Of a DNA stretch of 64,000 nucleotides, positions 17,198 to 26,784 are shown piece after piece (position 1 is the first letter of the stretch; every line of letters begins with the position of its first letter). The DNA is taken from the IMG/VR virus record IMGVR_UViG_3300022226_000005, positions 3,140 through 67,139 of that record; one strand, given 5' to 3'. The position numbers and the translations under genes were made by a program. The notes below the pieces were generated by a model. It was not told the DNA's origin and ran no database searches. It saw only the letters and a list, made by a program, of their open reading frames with translations. Origin of the DNA: a virus.

Positions 17198-20100
17198 GTC
17201 TTGTTTAGCAAAGGTCAAGAAAGCTGGCTATGACACCAGCGCGTTGCCCCTGCGCGAGTTAGAGGCGTCGAGCGACCCTGTATACGTCATAGAGTCTGAG
17301 CTCAAAGCACTGCGCACTTCGCACGCAGAACTTTTCACTACGCGCGAACGACTGATGGAACAGCTGCGTCAGTTCTCTCCCGAGATGAACGAAGCTATTC
17401 AGGAGCACATCGATGAAGAAATCGCGATTAACGCGCCGAGGCCCGCCGATCCCTCCGTTGGGCCCGAAGCTCCATCAGCTGGACTTCGCAGCGGGCTGGC
17501 CGCAACGGCTCCTTCTGGCCTCCCTACACAGCGCCAGAAGCAGGCTCCTAAGCCCCTCAAAAACCTTGAAGCAGCCGCTGAGAAAAAGAAAGCCACGGTT
17601 GGAGAAGAAGAGGCGGCTAAAGTTAGCAAAGTTATGGCGGTCCTACGTAGAGCTCAGCGGGATGGCAAGGAGTACCACGAACTAAGTGCTTCGTACGCAG
17701 TGCGAAAGGCTACGGCTGCGGGCAAGATGAAAGAGATTCGGGCTATGTTTCCCGAAGAGACCTCGAACATTGCGGCTATGAAGAAATTTCAGCAGGTCGC
17801 TAAAAACCAAGTATCTACGGAGTCAAAAGATGAGGCACCAGTATTTAACAAGCGCCAGCAGAAACAGCTCGGTGCATACAACGAAGAGCTTATCGCACAA
17901 AGAAGCGATGAAGTGGCACCTCGTGGAGAAAAGCCGTCGAGCGATACTTCGCAGCTTGAGGGGGTCACCGAGCAGGAGCCAAAGGCAGTCGAGGTTAAAA
18001 TCGAGCCTTACGTTACTCAGAAAGGCAGCCGTGCAGAGCTGCCTGGTGTCGTGGGCCTTGCCCGACGCATCAAAAACCTCATCCCCGGAGCAACAATGTT
18101 CCGAGAGAGCGCAGGCGGAGGGCTAAGTACCTATGTTATCAAAGTCGATAATGCGGAGCAGGGCGCTTACGACGGGACACCGCAAGAACTTGCCTCGGCG
18201 TTGCTCAAAGTCTTCGAGGACGGCCGTAGGCTTAATCCAAATAAGCCTGAGAACAAGGGTAAGATCCTTGTACTGTATGACAAAAGCGGAGAAAAAGTAC
18301 CTGTTGGGACTATAAGCGTCACGAAACTAGGTGCGGTCGTTGACCAGACGACGAACGACGCCAACATGGCCCCCATCGAGAGGTCAGGTAAACAGTTCAA
18401 TGCGGGGCTTGCGTACCTGATGGCCGAGGGTGGGCTGACTCTACAGAAGACGGAGCCGAAAGTACCCAGCCCGCTCGACAACAAGTTCGTGAAAAAAGCG
18501 TGGGGTAAAATCCACCCGTGGGTCCGTAAGGTTATCGGCAGTCCTGCTTATATGTCGCCGGGTGAGATCGAGACGGCGATAAAAGATCACGGCCTCGTGC
18601 CCCTGGGTTTGGCGCGTTTCACCACGAACCAAATACTGCTTAATGCGGAGAGGATGAAGGCCGCTACGGAGCAGAAGCAAGAGGTAGTCATTTACCACGA
18701 AGCTGGACATATCGCGGACGGCGAGCTAAGCTATCGCCCACAGCAAGAGTGGTTGACCAACGATATGTTGGTGCGGTACTACAACGCCGGGAGAAACCCG
18801 AAAGACCCGTTGTTCGGGTTGTTTGAAATGATATTCTCGGACAAGAGCAAGTACCCCGAGACCGCGTGGCGTAAAGAGGTTATAGCCCAGCTTCACGTGG
18901 GTTATCATCTTATCCCTAATCAACTGAAAGCGTCCAGCCCTGAGGGCTACGCGCTGGTGGAGAGAATCAATGACGAGCTACAGCTCAAATCAGAATTTAT
19001 CGAAAGGGCAGAAGCGGAGCGCCGCGAAACAAGTGTTCCTGGAGGACGTCGAAGTGCTGGGCAAAGCGAAGGCGTTGCGGTATCGCAAGAAAAAGCAAAA
19101 GGAAGCACAGGCGCTCTTAGCAATGAAGCGGTAATAGACACCCGTGGAACGACAGTTGCTCAAGCCTCGCAGTACATCTCAACGCGGACGAAAGCCACTT
19201 CGGACTTTGACCCGACGGACATTGAGGAAGTTGCAAGCGAGCAAGAAGGCGAGGCCGACGTTAGGCAGTTCGAAACCGACGAGGCGCAGATTGCGCGCTC
19301 GACAGGCCGCGCTACGACTTCTCCGGAACTCGTTGGAGCGTCCATTCAACCGAAATCTCGGAACCCCTCAAATGAGGAAGCGAAGCGTATATTCGATACG
19401 ACAACCCAGCGTAAGGCATTCGGGAAGATTCCGAGCGCCTTTATTGCTGTTACCAATAAACTATTCAGTCAGCTGGGTATCAAGACTAAAGTTCTCGTGG
19501 TTGATCAAGCCGGTGCCAAACAGCTCCTCGCGGAAACTGGCTTGCCCTCGCAGTGGAAGACGAACCTTGAGCAGGTTCTAGCTGACCAGCCTGTAGGGCG
19601 GCTCATGCTCTCCGATAGCAGCAACGCCAACGAGCGTTTTGCCGTCATATACATCGACACCACGAAGTCAGACGCCAAACAGCAGCGTGCGCTACTGCAC
19701 GAGCTCGGTCACGTGGTGCAGCTGGCGAAGTTGGATCAAGCGTCGCCTGAAATTCAGAAGGCGCTACGGGACGCACACGAGCTCTCACGGTCACATCAGG
19801 AATTTGAGGAGTGGTTCGCTGACCAGCTGCTGCATTGGGCGAACTCGAAAAGTGTACCAAAATCGGTACTAGACAGGTTTTTCAAAGACCTGGCGCGTGT
19901 TTTGCGTCGGATTTACGCTAAATTCCGGGGGGCACACCCGACTTATGAGCAATATATGGATAGCCTTGTTGCTGCACAGCAACTCAAAGGCGGCATGCAG
20001 AAGCCCGCGTCCGGGAAATTCCGCAGGGATTGGATTGAGGACATGGCTAATAGCGTGGATTCGCCGTTTCTTGCGCGGCAAGAGCGCTCTTTTTACAACT

Positions 20101-22103
20101 TCGGCGGCGAACCGGCCTCAAGCAGCGCTGGGATATCCCGTAAAGGTCAGAAAATTCTCGACTGGGGTAAAGAAAAGGCCGTAGGAACCCGAGAAGCGAT
20201 AGGGGAAATTCTAAAGCCCGCGCACCAAATCGTCACGCAAACCTCGGACGCGTATTTGCGCGCGAACGGCTTGGCTTGGCTGGCCGATCACTTCCACAAA
20301 CGCGCTGACGTACGCACTTCTCGCGTAGGCCCGACAATAGAAACGGAAATCCGCGTAGAGCTGGGCACATTCGAGCCTGATATGGACAAAGTTATGGCGA
20401 AAATGCCGAAAGGCTCGCGGTTTGGTATGTACGTGGACCGAAATACCCCGGAATACGCGCGGGCAATCGAGGACTTACTCGGCCAGGTTGACAACCCCAA
20501 CCCGCTGGCCAAAGAAATGCGCTCATATTTTGAAAAAATGGAGGCTTGGCTGAAGAAAAACGGGGTGGAGTTCAACAAACGGAAGAACTACTTTCCAATA
20601 ATGCTGGATAAACATCTGTGGATGGCGAACCACGACAAGGTTGTGGCTATCGCTATGGACAAGCTCGGAAAAACCCGCGAGCAGGCGGAGAACCTGTATA
20701 TTTCCGTGGCTAGTGACCCGCAAACTTTGTTCGATATGACGGCGGATTACGACCCGAAGACTACCGCGACGTTTGGTCACGCGAAATCCAGAGAGTTTGG
20801 GCCCAAAGAGCACAAGGCTTTCGCTGAGTTTATTGATACGGACCTCGTCTCGGTTATGAAAAACTACACGCATGCGGCGGTAAAACACGTTGTTGTGCAG
20901 CGCCACTTTGGAAGAATCGGGACTAAGGCGGGGCAGAGCGATCCGCTCATTCACCTGAAAGAGTTGCTTACGCGCGCGTTACTTAACAACGAAATCACTC
21001 CCGAGGTGTATGACCGCGTGTGGAATACAATTATTCCCGGTATGTTTGGGCAGTTGGGGGCAAATATGAACCCAACCCTTCGCAAAATGCAGTCAGGTCT
21101 GGTATTCTTCCAGAATGTCAGACTCCTTGGAACAGCCGTCTTGTCTTCGCTCGTCGATCCCGTACACGTTCTGTACCGATCTGGCACGCTTCGGGGGCAG
21201 TGGACGGCTCTTCGTAAGGCCGTGGGAGACCTTAACGATAGGGAAGCGCAACTGTTCTACCGGACAATTGGCATCATACGGGATGATCTCACGGAGGCAA
21301 TTGTCAATGACCCTACGCATACACAATTTTACTCGCCCGGTATTAGGCGGCTGAATGAAACCTTTTTTCGACTGAACGGGATGCACGCGCTGACTAACCT
21401 CAGCCGTATGTACTCGTTCAGCGTTGGCAAGCAGTACATCCTAGAGATGGCCAAAACGAACAACACCGCGCGGCTTACCGAAATGGGACTTACCCGACAA
21501 GAAGTACTCAACTGGGACAAGCGGGGCCAAACGCTCAGCCTCGACAATGTTGAAGACGCGAATGTGCTGTATGCGCTGCATCAGTTTGTAGACGAGTCAA
21601 TCCTCCGCCCGAGCGCAGCGATGCGACCGGCGTGGATGTCCGATCAGCGATGGTTGCTCGTTGCAAACCTCAAATCATTTATCTTCACGTACCACGAGAC
21701 GATCCTACGTCGTATTTGGAGCCAAGTGCGGACCGGTGAGCTGAAAGACCCGGCTGTGTTGCTTCCGTTCATAGGATTCGCGGCCATAGCCCTGTCTGTC
21801 TCGATGTTCGGCTATGAGACGCGTCGGCAGATCATGAACGCTGGGGATGTCCCTGCGTACGCGAGGGCAGACGCGTGGGACTATCTGTGGGAAGGCTTCC
21901 AGCGCACCGGCGCACTTGGCACGATGCAGTTCCTGGTTGACTCGATTGAGGCCGAGAACCGTGGTAAGATGGCGCTTATGTCCATGCTAGGCCCGACAGC
22001 GTCGCAGTTCGAAATGCTCATGACCAAAGACCTCAGCTATTCGTTGCCGCGATCCTTGCCGATATTCGCCCAGTCGCCTGCCCTCCGTGAATGGATCAGG
22101 TAG
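17184..22103 (+). CDS. Giant internal virion (polyvalent-type) protein with two zincin HExxH motifs
   Basis: 1639 aa from ATG 17184 with CAGGAG SD; IYHEAGH (~18696) and LLHELGH (~19698) followed by EEWFAD. Confidence 0.7.
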   Translation: MASLKSCLAKVKKAGYDTSALPLRELEASSDPVYVIESELKALRTSHAELFTTRERLMEQLRQFSPEMNEAIQEHIDEEIAINAPRPADPSVGPEAPSAGLRSGLAATAPSGLPTQRQKQAPKPLKNLEAAAEKKKATVGEEEAAKVSKVMAVLRRAQRDGKEYHELSASYAVRKATAAGKMKEIRAMFPEETSNIAAMKKFQQVAKNQVSTESKDEAPVFNKRQQKQLGAYNEELIAQRSDEVAPRGEKPSSDTSQLEGVTEQEPKAVEVKIEPYVTQKGSRAELPGVVGLARRIKNLIPGATMFRESAGGGLSTYVIKVDNAEQGAYDGTPQELASALLKVFEDGRRLNPNKPENKGKILVLYDKSGEKVPVGTISVTKLGAVVDQTTNDANMAPIERSGKQFNAGLAYLMAEGGLTLQKTEPKVPSPLDNKFVKKAWGKIHPWVRKVIGSPAYMSPGEIETAIKDHGLVPLGLARFTTNQILLNAERMKAATEQKQEVVIYHEAGHIADGELSYRPQQEWLTNDMLVRYYNAGRNPKDPLFGLFEMIFSDKSKYPETAWRKEVIAQLHVGYHLIPNQLKASSPEGYALVERINDELQLKSEFIERAEAERRETSVPGGRRSAGQSEGVAVSQEKAKGSTGALSNEAVIDTRGTTVAQASQYISTRTKATSDFDPTDIEEVASEQEGEADVRQFETDEAQIARSTGRATTSPELVGASIQPKSRNPSNEEAKRIFDTTTQRKAFGKIPSAFIAVTNKLFSQLGIKTKVLVVDQAGAKQLLAETGLPSQWKTNLEQVLADQPVGRLMLSDSSNANERFAVIYIDTTKSDAKQQRALLHELGHVVQLAKLDQASPEIQKALRDAHELSRSHQEFEEWFADQLLHWANSKSVPKSVLDRFFKDLARVLRRIYAKFRGAHPTYEQYMDSLVAAQQLKGGMQKPASGKFRRDWIEDMANSVDSPFLARQERSFYNFGGEPASSSAGISRKGQKILDWGKEKAVGTREAIGEILKPAHQIVTQTSDAYLRANGLAWLADHFHKRADVRTSRVGPTIETEIRVELGTFEPDMDKVMAKMPKGSRFGMYVDRNTPEYARAIEDLLGQVDNPNPLAKEMRSYFEKMEAWLKKNGVEFNKRKNYFPIMLDKHLWMANHDKVVAIAMDKLGKTREQAENLYISVASDPQTLFDMTADYDPKTTATFGHAKSREFGPKEHKAFAEFIDTDLVSVMKNYTHAAVKHVVVQRHFGRIGTKAGQSDPLIHLKELLTRALLNNEITPEVYDRVWNTIIPGMFGQLGANMNPTLRKMQSGLVFFQNVRLLGTAVLSSLVDPVHVLYRSGTLRGQWTALRKAVGDLNDREAQLFYRTIGIIRDDLTEAIVNDPTHTQFYSPGIRRLNETFFRLNGMHALTNLSRMYSFSVGKQYILEMAKTNNTARLTEMGLTRQEVLNWDKRGQTLSLDNVEDANVLYALHQFVDESILRPSAAMRPAWMSDQRWLLVANLKSFIFTYHETILRRIWSQVRTGELKDPAVLLPFIGFAAIALSVSMFGYETRRQIMNAGDVPAYARADAWDYLWEGFQRTGALGTMQFLVDSIEAENRGKMALMSMLGPTASQFEMLMTKDLSYSLPRSLPIFAQSPALREWIR

Positions 22104-22591
22104 TACTCTGTACTAAGTGCGGCGTGCCGTTGGTCCCAGGCGAGAACTGGGCTCCTAGCAGGATTACAAGAAACCACAAAATTTGCGCCTCGTGCAGTTA
22201 TAAAAACAATTTATTCAACCGCGAGGCTCGGTTTACATTAGACCCCGTGAAAGAGCGCTGTATTTTTATGCGGCGAAACGCTCGGGCCAGCGCTGGCAAA
22301 CGAAAGCTAGCGTTCAACATATCTGTGCAACATCTTATGGACATAGCGCCGCAAATATGCCCTGTTTTCGGGGAGCCTTTAGAGTACGGTAACGACAAGG
22401 GGAACCCGCACGTCGCGTCTTTGGATCGGATCGTGCCCGAGCTGGGGTATGTAAAAGGAAACGTCCAGATAATTTCCTTTTTGGCGAACAGAATGAAGTC
22501 GGACGCTTCTCAGGAACAACTTGAGAAGTTCGCCGACTGGGTCAAAAAGCCCCCCGTTACACGCCTTAAAATGACAGATTCAGGGAAGTAA
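22091..22591 (+). CDS. HNH-type endonuclease
   Basis: CxxC pairs, CPVFG, SLDRIVPELGYVKGNV..ISFLANRMK. Confidence 0.8.
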   Translation: MDQVVLCTKCGVPLVPGENWAPSRITRNHKICASCSYKNNLFNREARFTLDPVKERCIFMRRNARASAGKRKLAFNISVQHLMDIAPQICPVFGEPLEYGNDKGNPHVASLDRIVPELGYVKGNVQIISFLANRMKSDASQEQLEKFADWVKKPPVTRLKMTDSGK

Positions 22592-22628
22592 CCGGACAGG
22601 GACGTCACTTTCATACTGAGAGCTATCT

Positions 22629-22988
22629 ATGACACAGAAACTATCTGAACACTTCTCGCGGGAAGAATTCGCTTGTAAATGCGGTTGCGGCTTCGACGTG
22701 GTCGACGCCCAGCTTTTGGAGATGCTCGAAGACATCCGCACGCGGTTCAATAAACCCGTGAAAATAAACAGCGCGGCCCGCTGCCCAACCCACAACAAAG
22801 CGGTTGGCGGGGGCGAGCGCAGCCAGCATTTACTCGGCAAGGCCGCTGATATTGTCATCGAGGGTGAGCAGCCCGGTTACGTAGGCAGCTACGTCGAGGC
22901 AAAGAAGCCGACTTCCTTCGGCATCGGGGTCTACGAAACTTTTACCCACGTTGATTCGCGGTCTGAGAGGGCCAGATGGCGGGGGTAA
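22629..22988 (+). CDS. Endolysin, peptidase M15A family
   Basis: HFSREEFACKCGCG, INSAARC..HNKAVGG..SQHLLGKAADI, FTHVD. Confidence 0.9.
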   Translation: MTQKLSEHFSREEFACKCGCGFDVVDAQLLEMLEDIRTRFNKPVKINSAARCPTHNKAVGGGERSQHLLGKAADIVIEGEQPGYVGSYVEAKKPTSFGIGVYETFTHVDSRSERARWRG

Positions 22989-23176
22989 ATTGGCGTAGTA
23001 CCAAGTTTTTACAGACAACGTTCGTGCTGGTGGCGGCAACGTGGTTGATGGCGCTTTTGAAGATCGACGCGACCACGTACATGCTGCTCACCGGTGCCGC
23101 GCTAGGGAATTATGCGCATTTCGACGTTAAACAAAAGGGACTTTCTCATGTGGGGACTAGTAACAGGACTGATTAG
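22976..23176 (+). CDS. Putative holin
   Basis: Two hydrophobic segments, adjacent to the endolysin. Confidence 0.6.
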   Translation: MAGVNWRSTKFLQTTFVLVAATWLMALLKIDATTYMLLTGAALGNYAHFDVKQKGLSHVGTSNRTD

Positions 23177-23495
23177 CAAAGTTGTTGGTGGTTACCAGGA
23201 ACGCAAAGCTAAGGAAGCTGACGCGAAACAAGCGTGGGAAACCGCGATGGGGCGCAGCATGGAGCACAGCTGGAAGGACGAGTACGTGACAATTGTCATT
23301 ACGTTCCCTCTCTGGCAGATTTTTATCGGAAACCTGGTGTATGCCTTTTCCGAACACGGGGACGAACGGTTGCTCTTGGCTAACCAAAAGTCTCTGGAAG
23401 ACATAGGTGCGCTCATGGGGACTCCCTACGGCGATGTAATGATGATCGTTGTGCTTGCTGCTGTAGGCATAAAAGGACTGAAAGCTCTAAGATGA
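23148..23495 (+). CDS. Membrane protein of the lysis cassette (holin-like)
   Basis: SWKDEYVTIVITFPL motif, 2-3 hydrophobic segments. Confidence 0.6.
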   Translation: MWGLVTGLISKVVGGYQERKAKEADAKQAWETAMGRSMEHSWKDEYVTIVITFPLWQIFIGNLVYAFSEHGDERLLLANQKSLEDIGALMGTPYGDVMMIVVLAAVGIKGLKALR

Positions 23496-23767
23496 TAAAC
23501 GAAAAAGACAAAGACCTGGCGAAGCTGCGCGATGAACTCGTGGAAAGCTACCGGAGCGAACGCAAGGACAAAGCGGTGAAGGCTGCCATCCAGAAGCGCA
23601 TCGACGCTCGTTCTGGGGCAGCCCCACTACATAAAGTTGCGGGAGAAGCGGGGAAGGAGTTTGACAAGAAGAAAAAGAAGAAAAAGAATGTGGGGGATAA
23701 GATTAATGAGAGTAGAGAGGGCTTGGGTGCGGTGATGACGGAGTTGCGGAGGCAGAACGGTGGCTGA
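23492..23767 (+). CDS. Lys/Glu-rich small protein (paralogue A)
   Basis: Strong purine-rich coding bias; aligns with the next gene. Confidence 0.7.
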   Translation: MINEKDKDLAKLRDELVESYRSERKDKAVKAAIQKRIDARSGAAPLHKVAGEAGKEFDKKKKKKKNVGDKINESREGLGAVMTELRRQNGG

Positions 23768-24116
23768 AGATGTGAAAAAGTTGCGTGATGTTTTGATCCA
23801 AAGCTATCGTAATAAGGCTAAGGATAAAATCGTCAAGAAGGCAATTGCTAAGCGGGTTGCGGATAAGAAGTCGCAAAAAGAAGGCATGAAGCTGGATAAA
23901 GTGCGGGAGCATAATTTGAAGCAGCCGTTGTATACGGAAGCTGAGGGCGCACTAAAAAGCGCAAAAGAAAAGAGTGGTGCTGACGATAGGGTGAACGATG
24001 CGCGGAAGAAAGCTGAGGAGAAGCCGGTCAAAAAGAAAGAGAAGAAAAATGTTTTCGGCTTGGGGCAGGCGATGTCGAATATTCGGAAGGTTAAGAACGC
24101 TCCTGGAAAACAATGA
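23760..24116 (+). CDS. Lys-rich small protein (paralogue B)
   Basis: KLRDVLIQSYR..KDKIVK.AI.KR aligns with the previous gene. Confidence 0.7.
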   Translation: MAEDVKKLRDVLIQSYRNKAKDKIVKKAIAKRVADKKSQKEGMKLDKVREHNLKQPLYTEAEGALKSAKEKSGADDRVNDARKKAEEKPVKKKEKKNVFGLGQAMSNIRKVKNAPGKQ

Positions 24117-24445
24117 TCCCGTCAGTGAAAGTAGCTGGCCATCGGTATAAGATTAGGTTAGTGGGCGGGGAGCATACGCCGAATCATGGGCAGTGTGATA
24201 CGGGTGCTTTGCTGATTAGTCTAACGAGGGGGGAAGCGAGTCGGATGCGCGAGACGTTGATTCATGAGATAGGCCACGCGATCTATTATGAATATGACGT
24301 TGAGTCGTGTGCTGATGAGGAATGTCGGGTTAGCAGGCTTAGTACGGGGTGGCATCAAGTTCTAGTTGATAATCCTAAGTTGATTTTGCATATTATTGAC
24401 CCGAAGACGCTTGTGAAGGTTGTGACCGCGTTCGTACGTGAATGA
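24113..24445 (+). CDS. Small zincin-like metalloprotein
   Basis: ETLIHEIGHAIY HExxH followed by EE. Confidence 0.7.
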   Translation: MIPSVKVAGHRYKIRLVGGEHTPNHGQCDTGALLISLTRGEASRMRETLIHEIGHAIYYEYDVESCADEECRVSRLSTGWHQVLVDNPKLILHIIDPKTLVKVVTAFVRE

Positions 24446-24493
24446 ACGGCACCTACGCCCCTGCGAGTTTAATTCCAGGAGCGTAGAGGCCGT
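24446..24493. terminator. Imperfect hairpin where the two transcription arms converge
   Basis: ACGGC/GCCGT, CTACGC/GCGTAG and CCTG/CAGG stems; no clear U-tract. Confidence 0.5.
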
Positions 24494-24520
24494 ATTTCGA
24501 CATTAAAATCTTCTTATAAA

Positions 24521-24847
24521 TCAATCACCTACGTAATTTGGTCCTCCGGGGACCAAACCGTATCTGTGGGCTAAAAGGTGTAATCTTGGGTCTTTTAGGT
24601 AGATTCCACCTGCATAAAGGTAAGAAAGTTTCTCATCGTCAGGACTTTTGATTGTTACGAGGCCGAGTTTGATCATGTTGAGGGCGGTGTGGATGTTGTG
24701 ACGTTTGGAAGCAAGTTCTGTATATGTGATTTGCTCTCCTTTTATTATGGTTCTTTGTTTAGCGATGGCTTTGTTTTTTTCTCGCTGCCCTTTGTCTAGC
24801 GCCCAGAAAATAACTAGGGCTAGTATTACGAGTACTAGCCAATTCAT
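24521..24847 (-). CDS. Hypothetical membrane-anchored protein
   Basis: N-terminal hydrophobic helix. Confidence 0.65.
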   Translation of the reverse strand: MNWLVLVILALVIFWALDKGQREKNKAIAKQRTIIKGEQITYTELASKRHNIHTALNMIKLGLVTIKSPDDEKLSYLYAGGIYLKDPRLHLLAHRYGLVPGGPNYVGD

Positions 24848-25021
24848 TTATTTAAATACCAGGTCGTGTTTTTCTTGGAGCTGCATAACAGCTTCTGCTG
24901 GGGTGTATTTTTCTTCGGGGTATTCTTCACAGAATTGTTTTTCGCTGGTGGGGAGGGCTTCCTCGAAATTACTTTCGAACAGGTTTTTCGCTCGGTCGTA
25001 GTGGGAAGGGCGTTTAATCAT
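24848..25021 (-). CDS. Hypothetical protein
   Basis: GGAG SD before ATG 25021. Confidence 0.55.
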   Translation of the reverse strand: MIKRPSHYDRAKNLFESNFEEALPTSEKQFCEEYPEEKYTPAEAVMQLQEKHDLVFK

Positions 25022-25105
25022 GGCGATCTCCAAATTTAGGCCGCAGTGATCTACAGCCGGGGTGGTAAGGGAATGGGTAAGTTTACGCTGGTCAGCGCAG
25101 GGCTG

Positions 25106-25429
25106 TTAGACGTCGCCGGGGTCGATACCGAGCATAACGTAGTTTACGATTTTGTCGTGGTCTTTGAGTGCTTCTTCGGGGTCGCTATAGCGCCATTGGA
25201 ATTGATCGTAGGCACCGCCGAAAATCATAGTTTCGAATAAAACTGGGGGTGATTCTCCGGAGGTATCAAAGCTGTGGTCGATGCCAAGGAACACTGTTGA
25301 GATTCGGGCTTGGCGGACTTGGGTTTGTTTCATTAGTCGGTTGTTGGAGTGCTCGAACCAGTCGGCCCATTCTTCGATGGTATCTGCTTTACGGACGCTT
25401 TTGCCGTCTTCATCTAGTATGTAGTGCAT
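25106..25429 (-). CDS. Conserved phage hypothetical protein
   Basis: ISTVFLGIDH...LFETMIFGG motif recurrent in phage proteins. Confidence 0.75.
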   Translation of the reverse strand: MHYILDEDGKSVRKADTIEEWADWFEHSNNRLMKQTQVRQARISTVFLGIDHSFDTSGESPPVLFETMIFGGAYDQFQWRYSDPEEALKDHDKIVNYVMLGIDPGDV

Positions 25430-25671
25430 TATTTGTCTATGCTCCGACGCCAGGCGGCGTAATCAAAAAGTGGGATTTGTTGCTTTTTCTTTGTTTCTAC
25501 CATGTCCGTATATGTTATTGTAAGGTAAGCGCCTGAAAACTCCAAGTGGTCTAGTCGAAACCAGTCGTATACGTTTATCCACGCAAAAAACTGCTGTTGG
25601 TGTTCGTGTATGAATAGATGGTGTTCTTCGATGAGGTGTACTGCACGTAGTATGCTTTTTGCGTTGTTCAT
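25429..25671 (-). CDS. Hypothetical protein
   Basis: Packed ORF in the minus-strand operon. Confidence 0.6.
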   Translation of the reverse strand: MNNAKSILRAVHLIEEHHLFIHEHQQQFFAWINVYDWFRLDHLEFSGAYLTITYTDMVETKKKQQIPLFDYAAWRRSIDK

Positions 25672-25988
25672 AGTTTGCTCAAAGTTGTGATCAGTTCGTC
25701 GGTGTTGCTTGTTTTTAGTTCAAGTTCTTCTAGTTTTTTGGATGTAGCATTTCGTTGAATATTTTTGGCCGTTTTCCATTCTGATACTGCGGCAGTAAAG
25801 TTTTTGTAATAACCCAGGAACACAACAGTTCCTGCTTTGTATAGGCGGACACGCCACCTTTTTTTGGCTGTCTCATAGTAGATGCCTTTGGGGATTTCAC
25901 GCTTGTAGTGGTGGTAAACTACTTCAGCGGGACTTGTCAACGAGGCGTTTAAAATCTCGCCAAGCGTCGTCGTTTGGTGCGAGCGCAT
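25668..25988 (-). CDS. AP2-domain DNA-binding protein
   Basis: PKGIYY...KRWRVRL......FLGYY....AA motif. Confidence 0.7.
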   Translation of the reverse strand: MRSHQTTTLGEILNASLTSPAEVVYHHYKREIPKGIYYETAKKRWRVRLYKAGTVVFLGYYKNFTAAVSEWKTAKNIQRNATSKKLEELELKTSNTDELITTLSKL

Positions 25989-26343
25989 ATAAGAATATAT
26001 CCAGAATCGAAGGTGTTTCCCCGGAGAAAAATCCCTTGTGTGGGATTTGTTCGCTGTAGAATGTAATTTTGTTTGGTTGAGCTATTAGTTCGTTGACCAT
26101 CATTCTTATGACCGCGCGTTTTTCGGGTTCAATTGGAAAGAACGGCGGGTGTGGGTATTTATCGTCTAGGTATTGAATACACGTTGATAGTCCGTGAATT
26201 TCTAGGTTTTTATCCTGTATTACAATTTGGTGGCTGTTGCTCGTTATTCCGCCTTCTGTTATCAGCAAGGCTTTTTTAGCTAGGCACGCTTTGATTACCG
26301 GGTACATTCGGTGGTCGGGATTGAATATTTTTATCGGTCGCAT
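25924..26343 (-). CDS. Truncated SspA-like (GST-fold) protein
   Basis: IQYLDDKYPHPPFFPIEPEKRA and FFSGETPSILDIFL match SspA segments EYLDERFPHPPLMPVYPVARG and YFLSDEFSLVDCYL as recalled. Confidence 0.7.
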   Translation of the reverse strand: MRPIKIFNPDHRMYPVIKACLAKKALLITEGGITSNSHQIVIQDKNLEIHGLSTCIQYLDDKYPHPPFFPIEPEKRAVIRMMVNELIAQPNKITFYSEQIPHKGFFSGETPSILDIFLYALAPNDDAWRDFKRLVDKSR

Positions 26344-26711
26344 GTGAATGCAGATATCCAGTCAGCTATTTCTTTGCACGAGATTGCGGCCCCGAGGTCG
26401 ATGGGGTTAAACATTTCTTCGCCAGTAAGAATAACTCCATTTTTAGTTCCGAGTCCCACAATAACTGCCACGTTGCGGCCTTCTTCCATTCGACCACGGA
26501 GCCATTTTTCTTGTAGGTCAGACAATGCAGCACTTTGTTTCGTAGTTTGCGGCGGCTTTGAGATAAGCTTGTATTCGACCCAAATGTCTGCCACTGGACC
26601 GCTATAATACGCATCAGGAATCCCAGCGGTGAAACGGTCGCTGATTTTCCAAGTGTATACATCACTCCTGAGGAGGTTTCCAATTTTTCTTGTGTATCCT
26701 GATTCGTTCAA
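26331..26711 (-). CDS. PD-(D/E)XK nuclease (VRR-NUC/resolvase-like)
   Basis: GIPD...IWVEYK motif. Confidence 0.8.
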   Translation of the reverse strand: MNESGYTRKIGNLLRSDVYTWKISDRFTAGIPDAYYSGPVADIWVEYKLISKPPQTTKQSAALSDLQEKWLRGRMEEGRNVAVIVGLGTKNGVILTGEEMFNPIDLGAAISCKEIADWISAFTCDR

Positions 26712-26784
26712 AAGTTGTGCGCCCCGCCTTTACCGACTTGTTATCCCGAGATATCAGAGGTTTTCAGATTGGGGCGCACTGCGC

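Noticed and set aside
24519-24531. Second IHF-like site at the convergence point
   Set aside because: One mismatch and overlaps a stop codon; may be chance
26717-26779. GTGCGCCCC/GGGGCGCAC 9-bp stem with long loop
   Set aside because: No U-tract or further internal structure I could support; left uncalled
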